Notes: a model not told the origin generated them from the sequence alone. A stretch of 40,789 bases of DNA from Octopus bimaculoides (GCF_001194135.2 NC_069001.1:25195012-25235800), one strand, 5' to 3'. Positions 1 to 12,121 are shown, counted from the stretch's first letter. Numbers and translations are program-made.

Positions 1-147
1 ATATATATGTGTGTGTATATATATATGTGTGTGTATATATATATATGTGTGTGTATATATATATGTGTGTGTATATATATATATGTGTGTGTATATATAT
101 ATATGTGTGTGTATATATATATATGTGTGTGTATATATATATGTGTG

Positions 148-194
<47 letters not shown>

Positions 195-209
195 ATGTAC
201 ATATATATC

Positions 210-241
<32 letters not shown>

Positions 242-318
242 ATGTACATATATATCATATATATATATATATGGATATATGTATATATATGTATGCATGT
301 ATATATAAATGTATATGA
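1..318. repeat. Compound (TA)n/(TG)n microsatellite with ~20-22 bp higher-order period
   Basis: Repeating ATATATATAT(AT)GTGTGTGT blocks over the first ~150 bp, decaying to TA-rich repeat. Confidence 0.95.
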
Positions 319-1271
319 TTTTTGTAGAAGTTTCCTAGGATAAGTAGCTGTCATTCTAGTCTCTCGGTTGGCATTAGAATGAGATGTATTTCTTTATCGT
401 GTTTGGTGTAGACATTTTTGTTTGTTCGCTTCACTTTTTCTTACACCTATGTTTTATAAATAACTTTGAAAGTTTTAAATTCGAATAAAATTACATATTA
501 CTACGACGGCATAAAATTAATTCACAACGCGGTGCAGCGATGACATGTAAAGATATGGAAATGTTTATGTGCCCGTCATAGGAATAGGATATCAGTATTT
601 GAAATAGATTTGACTTATTCAGCTTCTATTTTGCATCTAGCCATAGCACAGGTGAAAGAGTAAATGAAATAAACGTTTACATAGTTGCACATAATGCAGA
701 ATACTTATACATAATAATATTTGGATTTTATCATTCCCACCATGCATTAGGCTTTATTAGTTGAAATTAAAAATAGCAAATGACTCACCCTTGAACGATA
801 ATATCAAACGACATTATACTCTCACTTTTTCTCCTTTTTATTTTTATATCTTTCATATTCAAGAGAGAAACAATGAATATGCATACATACATATATGCAT
901 ACTTACAGACAAACATATGTATGTGTATATGTATGTATCCCTACAAGAACGAGTCAAAACTCTTCGACAACGTAATTGTTATTTTCTTTAGAGCAAGTCC
1001 TTGGTGTAATTTTGATTTTCCATCCATTTTAATTGCGTGTGAAGGCCACAAACTATTTCATACTTAGCTACTTCATAAAAATAACAATTAAAATTCCGAT
1101 ATAGAAATCCTTTATTTTGCGATAATGGAAAATATAGAAAACTGATTTCAAATTTTGGCCACAAGACTAGCAATTTCGTGGGAGGGAATAAGCCGATTGC
1201 ATTGACTACCCTCCGCCACATCCCATGCTCAAATGATGCCTACTTTATCGCCGCCAAAATGATGTAATGCA

Positions 1272-1374
1272 AAATATCGACATCGGCGGAATTTAAACGT
1301 AGAACGCAAAAGCGGACGAAATACCACCAAGCATTTTGCCCGGCGTGCATTCGATTTTGCCAGCTCAACGCCTT
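1272..1374 (-). mobile_element. tRNA-derived SINE (family A), 5' part
   Basis: Reverse complement reads AAGGCGTTGAGCTGGCAAAATCG...GTTTAAATTCCGCCGATGTCGA, matching the heads of copies at 23939 and 20035. Confidence 0.8.
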
Positions 1375-1964
1375 AAAACTATAAAATACTAACGTATATG
1401 ATAGCAGATGACTCACTCGTTAACACTATTTCATCTTTATAGAATTCCATATGCGTGGTGTGAGATTTCATAATATCCAAGGAATTCCAGATAAATTCCT
1501 TAACAGAATTCTTTATTAGGAAATAGTGTACATGACATAAAAATATTTCTTGCAGTTAGTAGCGATGAAATCTTGAAGTCTTGTTCCTTTAAATATTATC
1601 TACCCTTATTATAGAACCAATAGTAAGTTCACATCTTTTAAAGCAATTAATTCGATCACTACCTAAAGGTATCCACATAATTGCATAAAATACTTTATTT
1701 TGTTTTTCGTCTCATATTTAAATTTGCGACAAGATTTCTCAAGATGGCAAAATGGTAGAGTTCGTAAATCCTCTGACCTAATGCTTATTTATTTGTTCTG
1801 GATTCTAATATTTTATTTTTCAACATTTCGTGATTTATAGATATATTACACCTCATGTAATGAGGTCAATTTTTGTCTTTGCTTTTCGAAAGCAGCTATG
1901 TGATTAGACCGTGAAAAGATGTGCTGGAAGCATCTATAATACTAAGGATATGAAGATGTTTAAC

Positions 1965-2265
1965 AAAGCGGCTAGAGCGTCGGGCTAACAACTGTGAAGT
2001 TGTGAGTTCGATTCCCAGACCGGAATGTTACTGTGTCTTCTGGATCAAGTTCTTATATTTCACGCTGCTCCAGTTCACTCAGCGATAGAAATGAGTTGTA
2101 ACGTCTTTGATGTCAAGTCGTATCCGCAATTGCCTTTCCCTTGAACAAAATGGGTGACGTTGAGAGGAAAGACACGTATGCAAGGGCGACTGCTGTTCTT
2201 CAATAAAAACCCTACCCAGAGTTGTGCCTCAGAGGTTACCTTTCTCGGTGTAATCGCAGGAAAAC
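1965..2265 (+). mobile_element. tRNA-derived SINE (family C)
   Basis: B-box-like GAGTTCGATTCCC at ~2003, then TTTCACGCTGCTCCAGTTCACTCAGC body; head resembles the 33568 copy. Confidence 0.7.
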
Positions 2266-3284
2266 TATACATAACCAGAAGTTACATATTAGTTGATATA
2301 TAGAAAGCGCAGGCTCGCATAACTGCTAAAGCATTACGCCAACTACTTTACATTGTTTAACTACAAATCTTCATGTTTAAAGTTCAAATGTGCTTGAGGC
2401 GGGCATATCCGTTAACCAGTCTGCAGAAGAATCGATTAGACAGTTTCTTATGCTTCTTGCAACAGATACACAGAACAATTCTGAAAACCTGCTTTCAAAT
2501 ATATTCTGTTTTCAAATATATTCCTGCTATAATGAGTGCATTTTATTTGAAGTAAATTATCCAGGACTATATCGCTCATGTAGGCAAATATGGAATTTCG
2601 AGAAATATCTCTTTGCTGATGCTTAGCAATCTACGACCATGAGTAATGTCAGTTATTAGCCAAGCTTTGTTTCAAACAAAAATATGTAACTTAGTTCCTG
2701 TGTTAGATCTGGTTGCTTAAAACAGGACACAAATGTACATTAGAGACAGCAGATATATCAGTTGATCTCATTAGCTTAAACTGTACAAATGATATTTTGC
2801 TACAAAACACTCATATTTATTGCAGACCATTAAGACAGAATAAAATTTACACACTTGGACATATATCGAAAATTATACTTAAATAATTAGGGTAGTTTGC
2901 CATCTAATTCAAATTTCAAGTTTTCATATTTAAGCAGAAAGTCTTCCTATAAAGAATTGTAGTGAACTGTGAAAACCTCAACGAAGAGGAAAATTAAAAT
3001 AATATTCAATCGTTTATAATTTTCTGTCCATTCACTAGCATGAGAGCAGCATATCCTTAACACGCAACGTAAATGTATCTCCATCTATTTCTCTCTCTCA
3101 CTATATACATACACGCACATATTTATATACACATACATATATATTCATATGTACGTATATATATATTTATGCGTGTTTGTATGCAAGTACGTTTGTGTGT
3201 GTATGTACGTGCAGTATATATGTCAGTGACAATATGTACAGGAATGTAAGGATAATCGTTCTGAAAGACGAATTGAATATTTTT

Positions 3285-3420
3285 AAATGGCGTTGCCCTT
3301 AGACACGAAAATGCGCATGCGCCTCGAAGGAAATAACGGCGTTCGTAGCCCAATATATTAGCAGTGGAATGTGTTCAATATGGATATAGATGACGTTTAT
3401 TTTCATGCGCCTATATAGGA
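3285..3420. promoter_or_regulatory. Possible promoter-like motif cluster (YY1-like, NRF1-like)
   Basis: AAATGGCG at 3285-3292, TGCGCATGCGC at 3312-3322, local CpG enrichment in an AT-rich background. Confidence 0.3.
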
Positions 3421-3509
3421 GGGTGAGGTGTCATAATCATTACTCGGATAAATTACTTTGCGACATTTCGTCCGGTTTATATTCTTATATTCAACGGTGT
3501 CTTCTTAGC

Positions 3510-3790
3510 GGTGGGCATATGGCGTAGTGGTTAAGAGTGCGGGCCATTAGCCCCAAGATTCCGAGTTTGATTCGAAGCAGTGACCTGAACAACAACAACA
3601 ATAGCAACAACAACAATAATAATAATGACATCGAAAACTACCTTAGGAATGAGAACCCAGGTTCGAAATTACCCCCAAAACACCCCCAACAAAGAAGATG
3701 AGGACAAATATCCGTCAAATGTAAATAAAGTAGAGACAATGCTCTTAAATTACAAAAATGGCTATTCTAATTATTATTTTAACGCTTTAG
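3510..3790 (+). mobile_element. tRNA-derived SINE (family E) with internal (AAC/AAT)n
   Basis: A-box TGGCGTAGTGG and degenerate B-box GAGTTTGATTC, then CAA/AAT repeat and a unique body. Confidence 0.7.
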
Positions 3791-4459
3791 CATACTCTAC
3801 TAGATATGTGTTCAAATTGACCAGATCGGGTCTCTCACACCTATCCTACAATATCTTTGAAAACATGAGCAATCTATCATCAAAATGTTGAAGCTAATTC
3901 AAAATAGCAGTGAAAAAAGAAAAAAAAAAAGATTGCATCAGGCAGAGGAATCTGAACGCCGAAGGATTAAATAATATAAACAACAAGCAGTAATGGCACA
4001 GAAGGAAATTTAGAAAATTCCGACTAATATTATAACCATTTAAGAGAAATATAGTACCTGAAACCAAGATGACAGGCTCCAAACGTGTGTACTTTGGCGT
4101 ACAAACAAACATAATAGTTCGCATAATCTTATAAAATAGTGAGTAATTCTAAACACAAACAGAATTACATATGAACACAGGAAAATATGCAGACGCATAT
4201 ACACACCAAACGAAAATATAATTCTTTTTAAAATTCCGCTTTTGATATGTTTTATTTATTATTTGTTTTTCGCTTCTTCTGTCATTCTTCTAGACAGCGT
4301 TGCTTTTTGTCTTTGCGAAAATCGATTTGCTAAAAAGAAATATATTACTTAAAATTTTATATCTTACATAATGAAATTATTATATTAAATGTTCTCACAA
4401 AAATATACAGACACACACAATCTCCTGAATGCATATATGCATACACAATATACAGGCAG

Positions 4460-4944
4460 ATATATACATACACACCTGTGTGTGTGTATGTATATATATA
4501 TATATATATCTGTGTGTGCACGTATGTGTATGTGTGTTTATGTGTATCTGTGAGTGTGAATATTCATCTCCAATTCTCTCTTCCTTTCTTAATATATATT
4601 GAAATAGAAAGTTGTAGAGAGATACACATACACACTGACACACACAGACACACTGACACACACAGACACACAGACACATACACACACACAGACACATACA
4701 CACGCGAACGCAAGAATACATGCACATATAAAACCGTAGAACGACTGCCAGTAATAATTCGCTATAATCTCGAGTGGATAATATGCTTTATACATGTAAT
4801 GTTTGGGAGTCGTGAATTTATTCAGAATTTATCGAGATAGTTACAAATTACCATAAGACCTTTCATGTAACTAAATGCGAAGAAAACTAACTTATCCCCC
4901 TCTACATGCGCTCGCGCACATACGCACATACATACATATACATA

Positions 4945-4998
<54 letters not shown>

Positions 4999-5100
4999 AT
5001 ATATATATGTAAATGCACATAAATACATATATATATATATATATACACACACATATATACATTTATCGTTACATATGTCTATACATACATATATACACCG
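4460..5100. repeat. Degenerate (TG)/(TA)/(CA) microsatellite blocks
   Basis: Dinucleotide runs at ~4460-4720 and ~4910-5100. Confidence 0.9.
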
Positions 5101-5462
5101 GGGAAGTAATGTAATTGTTCCTAGCATTTGTGTGTATGTATATTATATATGTGTGCGTGTAGTAGGTGTGTATACAATCACTTATGCACATATATAATTT
5201 ATATATAAATGTACATTCAAACATTCTTCTAGGGTATGTAATGAAAATATGAGTTTAACTTGCCCCATAAAATAAGTTCAGATTCTATATTACGTTAGAG
5301 TAAGTGCTCTTCTATTTTAATTATTATTTTTATTTTCTCATTCAACATGTACAAATAATGGCCTATAAACAAGAACGATTGATTTCTCGGGGAAAGGGTG
5401 GGCTGTAATTTGATTTCAATATGCACAGAAGTCTACAAAATTTTATCTTTCTATGGAGATAG

Positions 5463-5660
5463 CAAATTTGACAACCGCGTTGTGCACAAATGTGTGAAGA
5501 AGGTTAATGAAGGGGAAAGCAGCATTGGGTAAAATCACAGATCATTATAGGCAGTCATCAGCGATTGTTGTCACGTTATGCCAGTCGTCAGACTCCTTCA
5601 ACCTGTAATCTTGGTATGCGCTACGACTAAGATTTCGATGTAATTCAGATAGTGGTGAAA
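5463..5660 (+). mobile_element. Direct-repeat copy 1, probable mariner transposase N-terminal (HTH) relic
   Basis: Clear direct repeat of 5979-6163; translates VVHKCVKKVNEGES, resembling the mariner VYEWxKRFKEG region. Confidence 0.55.
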
Positions 5661-5689
5661 TCGAGCAAAGTCAGAAGTCAATATACTGA

Positions 5690-5978
5690 AAAGTAAAAGT
5701 CCATTTTAACCACATGAAAATATTTGTGGACAATGAATAAACGTTTTCGTTTTCCACCAGGTGGCAGAGGATGGAATATGATTGTATATTCAGAATGTAT
5801 ACATGATGAACCAGTCCAAGATTTGCCAACATATTTTTGCGAATGTTCACATGTCGTTGAGCTTGACCACTTGTCAGTCCATGATGAGCTTCTCAACAGC
5901 GTCTCTTCACAAGGCCAAGCTTATGAAGGTGACGACTGATGATGCATCATGAAGTACCAAGTTCTGACAATATTTTGG
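5690..5978 (-). pseudogene. Decayed mariner transposase fragment
   Basis: Minus frame KILSELGTS*CIISRHLHKLGLVKRRC*EAHHGLTSGQAQRHVNIRKNML resembles the mariner TISRHLHxLG..K...VPHELT...RV.IC segment; internal stops. Confidence 0.75.
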
Positions 5979-6163
5979 CAAATTTGACAACAACGTTGTG
6001 CACGAATGTGTGCAGAAGTTTAAGGAAGGGGTAAAACCCTCAGATCATTAGAGACAGTCATCAGTGATTGTTGTCACGTTAGGCCAGTCGTCAGACCCCT
6101 TCAACATATGATCTTCGTATGCGCTATGACTAAGATCCCAATGCAATTTAGATAGTGTTGAAA
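5979..6163 (+). mobile_element. Direct-repeat copy 2, probable mariner transposase N-terminal relic
   Basis: Homologous to 5463-5660; translates VVHECVQKFKEG. Confidence 0.55.
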
Positions 6164-6165
6164 CA

Positions 6166-6228
6166 TTTTGCTCCTTCTAGCGGGTTAGATGTCCTATTAT
6201 GGACATCTCTCTTATGCATTTAAATGTA
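6166..6228 (+). mobile_element. Solo terminal motif related to the foldback element end
   Basis: TTTTGCTCCTTCTAGCGGGTTAGATGTCCTATTATGGACATCTCT...GCATTTAAATGTA aligns with ~30188-30248. Confidence 0.7.
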
Positions 6229-6344
6229 CACTGTATGTATTTGTATGAATAATATATTGTCTATAGACTAGTTTTGTTTCTTCTTGCTAGACCACTGGTA
6301 GCAAATAGAATTTCTAAAATTTGTTTGGCTACCCTGAGATTTAT

Positions 6345-6381
<37 letters not shown>

Positions 6382-6479
6382 AAAAATAAAGTAAAGAATA
6401 ATGCTCTGAAATGTACGCATATCATAAGAAGTACATTTCGTTGGTATAAATGATCTCAAGATGTGATGAAGTACAGCAT

Positions 6480-7293
6480 GATGCCTCATGTATGTTTATG
6501 TATGTGCAATTATGCATATACGGATGAGTGCATATAAGTGTGTGTGTGTGTATATCTATATATATATATATATGTGTGTATATGTATGTGTGTGTGCATG
6601 TGTATGTATATATGTATGTGTATTGTATTTGTATGTATGTGTGTTTGTATATGTATATGTATATATGTATATATATATGTATGTGTGTGNNNNNNNNNNN
6701 NNNNNNNNNNNNNNNNNNNNNNNNNNNNNNNNNNNNNNNNNNNNNNNNNNNNNNNNNNNNNNNNNNNNNNNNNNNNNNNNNNNNNNNNNNNNNNNNNNNN
6801 NNNNNNNNNNNNNNNNNNNNNNNNNNNNNNNNNNNNNNNNNNNNNNNNNNNNNNNNNNNNNNNNNNNNNNNNNNNNNNNNNNNNNNNNNNNNNNNNNNNN
6901 NNNNNNNNNNNNNNNNNNNNNNNNNNNNNNNNNNNNNNNNNNNNNNNNNNNNNNNNNNNNNNNNNNNNNNNNNNNNNNNNNNNNNNNNNNNNNNNNNNNN
7001 NNNNNNNNNNNNNNNNNNNNNNNNNNNNNNNNNNNNNNNNNNNNNNNNNNNNNNNNNNNNNNNNNNNNNNNNNNNNNNNNNNNNNNNNNNNNNNNNNNNN
7101 NNNNNNNNNNNNNNNNNNNNNNNNNNNNNNNNNNNNNNNNNNNNNNNNNNNNNNNNNNNNNNNNNNNNNNNNNNNNNNNNNNNNNNNNNNNNNNNNNNNN
7201 NNNNNNNNNNNNNNNNNNNNNNNNNNNNNNNNNNNNNNNNNNNNNNNNNNNNNNNNNNNNNNNNNNNNNNNNNNNNNNNNNNNNNNNNNNNNN

Positions 7294-7328
<35 letters not shown>
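6480..7328. repeat. (TG)/(TA) microsatellite spanning an assembly gap (N 6690-7293)
   Basis: Dinucleotide repeats on both sides of the N-run. Confidence 0.95.
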
Positions 7329-7329
<1 letters not shown>

Positions 7330-7344
7330 CACGACATGCTTTTT

Positions 7345-7497
7345 TCACTTTCTGTTTACAAATTCACTTACATGTCCTGGGTCGGCACGAGTCTATAGTT
7401 GATGACACTTGATAAATGTGCCACGCAGTGGGCCTGAACCTGGAACCTTGTAGTGGGGAGGCAATCTTCTTACCACACAGCCACACACACCCATGCG
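7345..7497 (-). mobile_element. tRNA-derived SINE (family B), 5' part
   Basis: Reverse complement has TGGCTGTGTGGTAGAAGATTGCC...GGTTCCAGGTTCAGGCCCACTGCGTGGCAC, as in the 11588 and 27290 copies. Confidence 0.75.
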
Positions 7498-7924
7498 CGC
7501 TCGTGTGTGTCTGTGTCTGTCGGTATATTAACAGGGATGAATTTATAGACAAAAAAAAAACAGAAAGAAAATGAAATATATATGCACTGAGACATAATGA
7601 ATAACACTTGTCAAACCTACATATTTACTAATAAACCCATATATATTAGTCTGTATCTGTTTTGTATAACCTTAGACAATTTGAATGTGTATATATGGTT
7701 ATGAATACATGAATATGTATATCTTCATAAATATTCATGAACGAGATTTATTTATTCATGATGTCCTCTACCGCCATACATTTCTTTCTGTAGTTGATGT
7801 GTTGCAGTTTTGCATCTTGATATTAATGTTGTCTGAAGACAAGAAGCAATAGCAATATTGTTTTCGTTCTTCAACTTTGTAAACATTGTTCATATTGACC
7901 TGGAATTTATATTATTTGTATTAA

Positions 7925-8250
7925 CGTACTCTTAACCGTCATCATCGTCGTCGTCACCACCACGACCGCCACCACCTTCATCATCATTATAATCATCATC
8001 CTCATCATCGTCATCGTCATCAGCATCATCATTATCATCATCATCACCATCATTATCATCATCCCCGTAATTGCCGCTGTCATCGTTGTCGCTATACTTG
8101 TTATCATTGTCATCATCATAATTTATCATCGGCACCATTATTATCAATGCCATGTTTGCCGTCTCAGTATTTATCATTGTCATCATCATAATATTATCAT
8201 CATAATATCCTCATCATCAATATCACTGATATCGTCGCCGTCGTCATCCA
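7925..8250. repeat. Degenerate (ATC/GTC/ATT)n trinucleotide repeat
   Basis: CATCATCGTCATC-type periodicity; explains the poly-D/poly-M ORFs. Confidence 0.9.
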
Positions 8251-8834
8251 ATTCGCTGATGTCATTTTCCGTGACAAAACCCATGAGCAAACTAAAGACT
8301 TTGTAGTTTGCCACTTGATCTTATGAATTAACCAGCCACATTTCCTTCAACTCATTTTGTGTCTTGAGGAGTTTTGTTTCAATATATAGAGCTTCTGATC
8401 CGTCATACATGGTGCTATGTTGGGTTAATGTGCTTGCTATAAAAGATTCTCATATCAGCAATTGTTTTGAGTATATTGTTTCGATAGACGGCGACTGTGT
8501 AAGCTGGTTGGGGTTAGTTTAATGCTTACTGTTCTACTACGAAACACACAATTCGTCATTCGTTTGAGCATGTTCTCATAGATCTGGATAGCTTTAGCAA
8601 ATTAGGCTGAACATATTTTGTCCATTTATCTATCTGTGTGATGCTCATTAATCTAGGGCGCATTGAAAATATTGAATATGTTCGAGCAATTTGCCTTTAT
8701 TTCTCTCACCAAGAAATATTATAAGTCACCCCTATCCTCTCATGCAAATATGAACATATCGGATAAATATAAACTTTTAACCGAAACGATGGCAAAAAAG
8801 GATTTAAGGCAGTGATACCTAGAAATTCTTCGAC

Positions 8835-8880
8835 TGTGTGTGTGTGTGTGTGTGCGTGTGCGTGTGTGTGTGTGTATGTG

Positions 8881-8929
<49 letters not shown>

Positions 8930-8986
8930 ATATGGGTGTGTGTATATGTGTGTGTGTGTATATGTGTGTGTGTATGTGTGTGTGTA

Positions 8987-9017
<31 letters not shown>

Positions 9018-9256
9018 ATATATATGTGTGTGTGTGTATATATGTGTGTGTGTATATATGTATGTGTGTGTGTATATATGTGTGTGTGTGTGTATATATG
9101 TGTGTGTGTGTGTATATATGTGTGTGTGTATATATATATGTGTGTGTGTGTGTATATATATATGTGTGTGTGTATATATATATGTGTGTGTGTGTGTATA
9201 TATATGTGTGTGTGTGTGTGTATATATATATGTGTGTGTGTGTGTGTATATATATG

Positions 9257-9289
<33 letters not shown>

Positions 9290-9310
9290 ATATATATATA
9301 TGTGTGTGTG

Positions 9311-9364
<54 letters not shown>
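8835..9364. repeat. ~530 bp compound (TG)n(TA)m microsatellite
   Basis: Uninterrupted alternating TG and TA blocks. Confidence 0.97.
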
Positions 9365-10304
9365 AATACCCTATCCATTGGTAGCTATTTGTCACGTGAT
9401 AGCAAATTCATTTGATAAAATATCCCAGTTGTGAAATTCTTACTCCAATGCCTTTTATAATGTGATATTAATATAACTTCTAGAAATTGTAGCTCACTGC
9501 TTATATATGACATATGGCAATAGTATAAAACGTTGTCATTTATATTCCAACGTTGTGCTGGCCTAGATATAACACTTGAGGTTTTGCTATTGTGAAAAAT
9601 AACCACGTATAAATTCCATTTGAGTATTCTAAGCAGCAGTAGCTCTTTTTGATAAATGAGGGAATATAGTTAGTTTCCAATAATAAACTCAATTTCTGAT
9701 ATGCGAAGAGAATTGCTCTCACGAATGCATTGCTTTGATGTTATCAGTAAATTAACGAGTCACCTGTTATGATAATGTGTTCACTTAAGAACATGCCGTC
9801 ATGACTCACATACACTTCAACACAAAAGTTACTTGAACTATATTTTTAACAATCTGCTTTTCTCATCCTCATGGAATTTCTATAAATAAGATATATAGCA
9901 CCAAATCGTCTCTCGGAATGAATGCAATAACTTTGTAGCTCGCACGTACGAAAGTAATTTCAAAACTTCAACTTGCTAGTTCTTAATTTATCTCGTGCAT
10001 TTTCAACTCTATTCTATACAATGAAATCTATCACAATTCATCAGTCCATCAAGCATTACTATCAATCATCTACACACTTGTTTGAAATTCAGGTATAAAG
10101 AATCTTTTATGCTTTATTGTTTTATTTTTTTATATGACTCACTGTTATTATTGGTGATTATCTTTCTCCAGCACTATCGCAATAAACCATTGTTAATTGA
10201 TACATCTTAGAAACAAAAAAAGATCCAGAAAACCGGTCTTATGACTCTCTGGCTAGGAAATGGTCTTTCCCCAGCCATTGTCTCATAAGGCCGGTTTTCT
10301 GGAT

Positions 10305-10495
10305 TCCGTAGTGTATATGCTCCTCTTGGATTGGATCACAGTGCCTCTCCGGATTATCAATTTACCAACTTAGTAGCGGGAGTAATATGAAATGAAGTGT
10401 TTCGCTCATGAATTAAAAAAAATGCTTTTCCCAGATGGGGAATTAAAACAACGCACTTATAACCATGCATAAAAACTACGCCACAGACCGCCAGA
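10305..10495 (-). mobile_element. Degenerate SINE (family C-like), reverse orientation
   Basis: GAAATGAAGTG at ~10390 resembles the reverse complement of the TATTTCAC body of the 1965 copy; tRNA-like head toward 10490. Confidence 0.5.
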
Positions 10496-11587
10496 GATAC
10501 ATGTTGCCAGACCATTATTCAATCATGAAATTAAGAGCACAATCTATATAAGACATTCCATTCACGTGAGTATCACGTGGTTAAAATATGCATATATCAT
10601 ATCGGAAAGTTGGGAGATTTGCCGGATGTAAAACTATGGGAAATGCGTTCAAACAATATTCAATGGCTATCATATGCAATGTTGATTTCCTTTATCCATA
10701 GGTATTGTATGGTACTCATAATAAGCAATTCAGGCATTGGTAACTGATTGAAAGAAAACTTGAATTTGGCGATATGTATAAGAATAATCTCAATGCAGGA
10801 ATACGTCGGTAGTAGTAAATCTATGAGGCAGGTAGCAGTAAGTTTTTTTGAAGGTTATGTATCAGCTATATTGAAAATATGAAGCTATTTCTCAGAATGT
10901 TAAGTTGCTTCATTAGTTCGCTTTCTTTTTTAACGGTCCACTTTGATCTACATACGCAGAACTACAGAGCAGATATAACTAGGATTAATGCAGTTAATTC
11001 AAAGATATAAAAGAGGTGCTACTGATTTTATTATAAGTCATACTGTTTTAAATATTTAATACTAAAGCTATAGATTATTTAGTAGGAGAATAAAATATTT
11101 ATGGAAGGAGAAACATTTTTACACTTGTTTCAAGAAGTTAGCGTATTGTATGGAGAAGCTCAGATGTTGGAGCTGCTACAAAAAATACAAATACTCATTT
11201 TGTCACATGTTTCGTCAGACAAGAAACGCCACATTCGAAACTTCACTACGACACACCAACATGTAAGCTGGAAACGTCGGTGTTTAATTGTTTCCAGTCC
11301 TAGTGTCCAAATGTTTCTCAATAGAGGACGCGATCTTTAACGAGAACTTATAGATCTTAGCAGTACAGACATGTCACCTTCAAGTCCTACCCACACGTCT
11401 ACTAACTGGGAACAAACGTTGTCTAACGATGTCTCCATAAACAATTGTTAATGAAAGGTTGCATTGCCACGCTTGGAAAGCCATTAAAGGTATCAAAATT
11501 GAGGTGAATCAAGTAAAAAAGAAACCAGAATATAATAGCAATCTCTGTTTGGCTACCATCTTTTTGTTTAAACCTTTATAGAAACAT

Positions 11588-11748
11588 AGGCTTATGAGTG
11601 GCTATGCGGTAAGTAGCTTGCTTACCAACCACATGGTTCCGGGTTCATTCCCACTACGTGGCACCTTGGGCATGTGTCTTCTACTATAGCCTCGGGCCGA
11701 CCAAACCCTTGTGAGTGGATTTGGTTGACGGAAACTGAAAGAAGCCTG

Positions 11749-11779
<31 letters not shown>

Positions 11780-12121
11780 NNNNNNNNNNNNNNNNNNNNN
11801 NNNNNNNNNNNNNNNNNNNNNNNNNNNNNNNNNNNNNNNNNNNNNNNNNNNNNNNNNNNNNNNNNNNNNNNNNNNNNNNNNNNNNNNNNNNNNNNNNNTG
11901 TGTGTGTGTGTGTGTTTGTGTGTCTGTGTTTGTCCCCCCAACATCGCTTGAAACCAATAATGGTGTGTTTACGTCCCCGTAACTTAGCGTCTCGGCACAA
12001 TAGTCCGATAGAATAAGTACTAGCTTACAAAGAATAAGTCTTGGGGTCAATTTGATCGACTAAAGGCGTTGCTCGCTTCAGCATGGCCGCAGTCAAATAA
12101 CTGAAACAAGTAAAAGAGAAA
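11588..12121 (+). mobile_element. Near full-length tRNA-derived SINE (family B) with internal TA/TG microsatellite and gap (N 11780-11898)
   Basis: Head TGGCTATGCGGTAAG...GGTTCCGGGTTCATTCCC; 3' part ending GCATGGCCGCAGTCAAATAACTGAAACAAGTAAAAGAG; same layout at 27290 and 35105. Confidence 0.85.

Noticed and set aside
7-343. Long CVYI/THT-rich ORFs here and at 4395-5127, 6422-7412, 8706-9415, 12394-12996, 35235-35478, 39006-40668
   Set aside because: Translations of dinucleotide repeats or N-gaps, which lack stop codons by construction
2390-2626. Unique-sequence ORFs of 60-115 aa (also 988-1221, 15266-15502, 20378-20563, 23311-23532, 37353-37697)
   Set aside because: No recognisable motif or consistent splice chain; lengths are within chance expectation
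3510-3590. tRNA gene-like heads here and at 11588, 27290, 33568
   Set aside because: A/B boxes are present but there is no complete cloverleaf, and each continues into a SINE body
7907-8189. Poly-Asp/poly-Met ORFs
   Set aside because: Degenerate ATC repeat with no unique coding context
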